NCBI GenBank assembly: GCA_002104945.1
Contig: MCFH01000004.1
Span: forward strand, 1,054,001 to 1,118,000
DNA length: 64,000 bases
Origin: Piromyces finnis finn
Lineage: Eukaryota; Fungi; Neocallimastigomycota
Direction of reading: 5' to 3'
The notes below the pieces were generated by a model. That model worked only from the letters and a program-made list of their open reading frames with translations, had not been told where the DNA came from and did no database searches. The translations under genes and the position numbers were made by a program. How positions within the stretch are numbered: position 1 is the stretch's first letter; each line of letters starts with the position of its first letter. Below are positions 55,289 through 64,000 of the stretch, piece by piece.

Positions 55289-56903
55289 TTACACAGCATT
55301 GCTAGCATGTTTATTTATAATTGTACCCTCGTTTTTATTGCCTTTCTTTTTCCTTAATTCCTTTTCCCAATCATTTCTAACTTTACGATATAATAACATA
55401 GTTGCTTGAGCATCTTCAACCTTTAAATATATTTAAATCAAACATTATTTTTATAAATTGCCATATTTATGAAAATAAAATAAAATAAATAAATAAATAA
55501 ATAAATAAAAATAAAAAAACATTAGAAAATTTATGAATAATATATTTGTATATTATTAGTACAATTATTTTTAATAAAATTTATCTAAGCATATATAAAA
55601 TTACCGATGAGTGTTCACCCCCTTGAACATCAAGCCCTAAAATAACCTTTGTTAACTTTTTTAAACTTGGAGTACGACCATTAGTAATTTTTCTGAAAGG
55701 TTTGTAATGTGAAGTATCACGAACTAATTTATATGGATGATCCAATAATAATGCTCCAAAATCATGTTGTAAAGCATGTCCAACGACAATTTTATCTTTT
55801 AAAATATCAGCAACTTCTTTTTGAACATCTAAGAAAGGTTCAGCTTTTTTTTTTTTTTTTTTTTTAATAAGTTATATTTAGAATATTATTAAAATTAATA
55901 AAAATATTCGAAAAAAGTATGAAGTATTATTTATATTTATTCATTGTATTTAATTTATGCATATTATATTATTCAATGAGAATTTACCATCTTTTAAAAT
56001 TTCTTTGGTAATTCCACTAACATGAGTTCTATAGTCAACAACTTTTTCTCTTGGTAAAACGAATTTATCCAAGATAACATTTCCGTAATAATTAACAATA
56101 CTAACTCTGGCCAATACTGATTCCTTTCCTTCCAAACCAACACCTACCATTTCACAATCCATAGCTACATATTTACCAATTCTATTTAATATTGAAGATT
56201 TTTTTTTAATATAATTGAATTATGCATTGAATATTTAGACAAATTCTAAGATATACCTTGTTTTGGAATTACTTCCACCTTCTTGTAACGAATAAGATTG
56301 TTTATCATTTGTTTTACTTTTTTGTTTTTTTTCTTTGTTGCCTTTTTTGTTATTATTCTTTTCTTCTTCTTTATTAATTTCGTCAAAAATCGAATCTAAA
56401 ATTTTTAAATCTCTTGCGGTTGTGATTTTATCTTTATTTTCATTATCGGATATGCTATTATTATTATTATCATTATAATATTTCAAAAGTTATAATTATT
56501 AATTATAATTTATTTAATTAATATATTAATTAATTTTTTAATTTTATAATTCCTATATATTTCTAAAAAATTATAAATATTTACTTGGATTCATCTAAAT
56601 CTTCAATATTATTTTCTTCGACTTTAGAGATTTTCTTTGTTTCTGAAATTTCTTTATTATTATTTATTCTCTTTTGCTTTTTATTACTTTTATTATTCAA
56701 GGAATCCGATTTTCTTTTTTTATTGTCATTCTTTTTTAATTGCTTTTTGTATAAATTTAAATTATAAATAATTATATATATATAGTATATAATATATGTT
56801 AAGAAATAGGTTTAAATATCGTTTAATATAATTGATATAATAATACCTTGCTTAATTGTTTCCAATTACTCGAGCTTCTTGCTTTACTAAGAATTTTATC
56901 CAT
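55289..56903 (-). CDS. REX4: RNA exonuclease 4 (DEDDh family; multi-exon)
   Basis: N-terminal SSNWKQL; [13 protein letters not shown]...[11 protein letters not shown]...[11 protein letters not shown]; [11 protein letters not shown]; RDTS; PSLKKL; HSS|[11 protein letters not shown]. Confidence 0.93.
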
Positions 56904-57906
56904 AATGTCTGTATTTATTACTTTTATATCTAATAAAACTTTTTTTTTCTTCGAAATCTATATATAAAAAAATAATTGAATTTTGAATATAGTCTTTATT
57001 TTTTTTATAGTCTACTTAGAATACTTATTTAATAATAATAATAGTAATAATACTATAGTATTTTTTCAAAAATTTAAAGTTCCTTTTTTTTTTTTTTTTT
57101 TATTTTAAAACTAAAATGTTAATATTCTCCAATCATATTTCAAAAAAACTGTAATATTAATCTGCTTGAAAATTTGGTGTTGATTCAATTATGTAGGAAA
57201 ATTTTTATGGTTAATAAATAAAAAATTTTAATTTTTAATAATTCCTTTATATTTAATGTAAAGTAGAAATATTAAGTTTAACAAATATCCATATAAATAG
57301 ATATTTAAACAATATCCTCATTTATAATATAATTTACATAATTAATAAATATTATAAAATTCGGATTATAGAGTTTGTGTAAAATATTGTGAATATCGTG
57401 GTATATTAATTTTTTAAACATTTTTTAAAGTTTATTAAATTATTCTTATATTTTAATTTTCTTATATTTTAATGGATAAAAAATTATTTATATTTAATTT
57501 ATATATATATTTTTTAATAATTATTTTTATATTGAAAATTGATACGAAAAAAATTAAGCATATTCCATATTGTGAATCATGTTTTATTTTCATTATAATA
57601 AAGAATTGTTAATCAAAAATGAATGCTATAAAATTGAATACTACTAATTAAACTATATAAAATTTTACTTTTAAACTTAATCATAAGTGTTTTCATCGAA
57701 AATAAAATATTACATATTATATATATTATATAAAATTGATATTTAAGTCAGTGTATACTTCAGAAGTTTAAAACATCTTATTAATAATTATAATTATATA
57801 TTGATAATTATAATTTTTTCATTCATTTTAATTTTAATAATAAATGAAAGTAAGAGAAGGAATAAACATTGTATTTTCATTTATTTAATAATATAATTAT
57901 ATAAAT

Positions 57907-62021
<4,115 letters not shown>

Positions 62022-62530
62022 CATTATTGATTATTATTTATATTTATACTAATTAATTCCATTTTCATTTTAATAGTATTATTATTTATAATTGATAAAA
62101 ACTTTTAACATTCCAATTATTATTCTTTTTTTTTTTTTTTTTCATTTTCAATTTTATAATACTATCCCAACTTTTTTTTTTATTTATTCATTAGAAAATT
62201 TTATTAAAATAGATATATCGAAATATATAAAATTATTGACAAACTATATATACCACTATTATACCATTATTATATTATATTTATTATATATATATTTTAT
62301 TTTTTATTTTTTTTGTTACAAGAGGGTTAATTTTTTATTATTAATTAATATAGATTAAAAATTAAATAAAAATAAAGTTTTGTGAATATTTAAATTATTT
62401 TTTAAGATTTGTTTATTTAATAATAAAAATATTTTTTTTCGATGTTTAAAAAAAAAAAATATACTACTTTTTAAAAAAGAGTTATTTAGATTAAAATTTT
62501 TTTATATAAAAATTAAAAGATCTATTAAAA

Positions 62531-64000
62531 ATGATATCTAAAAAATCAAGATCAAATATATCTAGTAGCAAACTATATAATAAACAAATTGAGAGAGTGC
62601 CTTTTAGAACTTTGTAATATTTGTTATCCATACTTCTAATTATTTTATATTATAAATTGGTTACAAGTGAAGATATGTTAATTTTTTTATATTATATTTA
62701 ACTTTTTTTTTATTAGTTTACATAATCATGAATTATTTTCACCTGATAAAACATCAATACCAATGGCGAATTATTCAAAGGCAGAAATAAGAAATGATGT
62801 TAAATATGAAACAATTAATTCATTAAGAGATGGTGTATATCATCACAGAGATTCAACAAAACCAAAGTTTCTTACACAAATGATAGCATATATAAAAAAA
62901 GAATTTGCTGAACTTGGAATAGAAAAGTAATCTATTAGCAATAATATTATCTTTAAAAGTATAGGATTAATATTAACTATTAATATTGTTATAAAAATTC
63001 TTCGATAGTTCAAAACCAGGATGCATTGAAAGATTACAAGTGTATAAAACAGTTTTCGGTATATAGATTTTATCTAAAATATATATGTTTTATTATAGAC
63101 TAAAATTGTATTATAAAAATATTTGGTAAAAGATTTCTTCATGGAAGAGTTTAAAACATATCAACCAATTTTAAGCGATATAAAAAATGAATATGAATTA
63201 AATCTACAAAATGCCTTAAAAATGGAAGATGAATAATATCCTTTTTAAAAATTAATATTAATTGATATATTTAATTATATTTTATGATTTCCTTAATCAA
63301 TTCATTATTATTATTATTGTTTTATGCAATTACTTATTTAATTAAAAGCAAATATTCTGTGCTAAAATATCAATCGGAAAAACAAATTGAAGAACTTAAG
63401 CAATTATCAAAAAATGAATATGAAGAGAAAATGTATTTCAAAATAATTATATCTTTTTTATAAATTTTTTTTTATAATTATATGTTGTTAAAATTAAAAA
63501 AAACTTTTTATATTTTTCATTACAGAGATAAATTAAACAGAGAAATTGAACGATCTAAAATTCAATTCAAAGAATTAAAGAATGAAAAAGAGCTATTAGA
63601 AGATAAAATCGATAAGCTGGAAATAGCTGAAGTTAATGATGTAATAATGGATAAACAATTCTATTATAAAAAAGTTTTTTCATTTTTTTATGAAAATATA
63701 ATGACAAGTATTATATATAATTATAATTTTAGGAACGTTTATCTAATCGTGTATATCACTTAGAACAAGAATTAGAAAGAACTAATAAATATTGTTCTGA
63801 ATTAATCCAACAAAAGGATTCTGAATTAGAAAGATTACACGATAATGTTAAGCATAGTATATATTCAAATATTATATATAAATTATAAACATTAAAAATA
63901 TATATAATTTACTTTTTTTAATATAATTAATCATTAACATATTTAATTATTAAAAAATAAATTATTTTAATAGTGAATTTAAGAATATTTGAGTTGGTAG
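62531..64000 (+). CDS. TSNAXIP1: TSNAXIP1-like coiled-coil protein (partial, runs off the window)
   Basis: Spliced KPKFLTQMIAYIKKEFAELG...ERLQVYKTVF|DFFMEEFKTYQPILSDIKNEYE resembles the TSNAXIP1 N-terminal domain as recalled; followed by coiled-coil exons. Confidence 0.7.
63236..63333 (+). other. U12-type AT-AC intron in the TSNAXIP1-like gene
   Basis: 5' splice site ATATCCTTT (63236-63244), branch point TTCCTTAAT (63289-63297), terminal AC (63332-63333). Splicing removes an in-frame TAA and gives EDEY-YLIKSK. Confidence 0.85.

Overview
Extremely AT-rich, intron-rich eukaryotic DNA with poly-Asn tracts and A/T microsatellites. The style fits an anaerobic gut fungus (Neocallimastigomycota); this is inferred from composition and gene content only. 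The window holds about 16 host genes: importin-13-like karyopherin, TSR2, an anoctamin, eIF3h, NIC96, an intronless prokaryote-type ketopantoate reductase, an orphan protein, an ArfGAP-2xUBA protein, a C2orf81/DUF4639-like protein, RPL24, SLP1, REV1, a PCI-like protein, REX4, a multi-TM class I phosphodiesterase and a partial TSNAXIP1-like gene. It also holds one intact Ty1/copia retrotransposon with identical 235-bp LTRs and a 5-bp TSD. Highlights: (1) the copia primer-binding site is complementary to the anticodon arm of tRNA-Lys(CUU), implying half-tRNA priming; (2) two AT-AC minor-spliceosome (U12-type) introns, in REV1 and the TSNAXIP1-like gene, have branch points unusually far from the 3' splice site (about 82 and 37 nt); (3) a probably horizontally acquired panE; (4) a GC-AG intron feeding an 8-nt microexon in RPL24. 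Exon boundaries were read by eye, and gene spans include introns.
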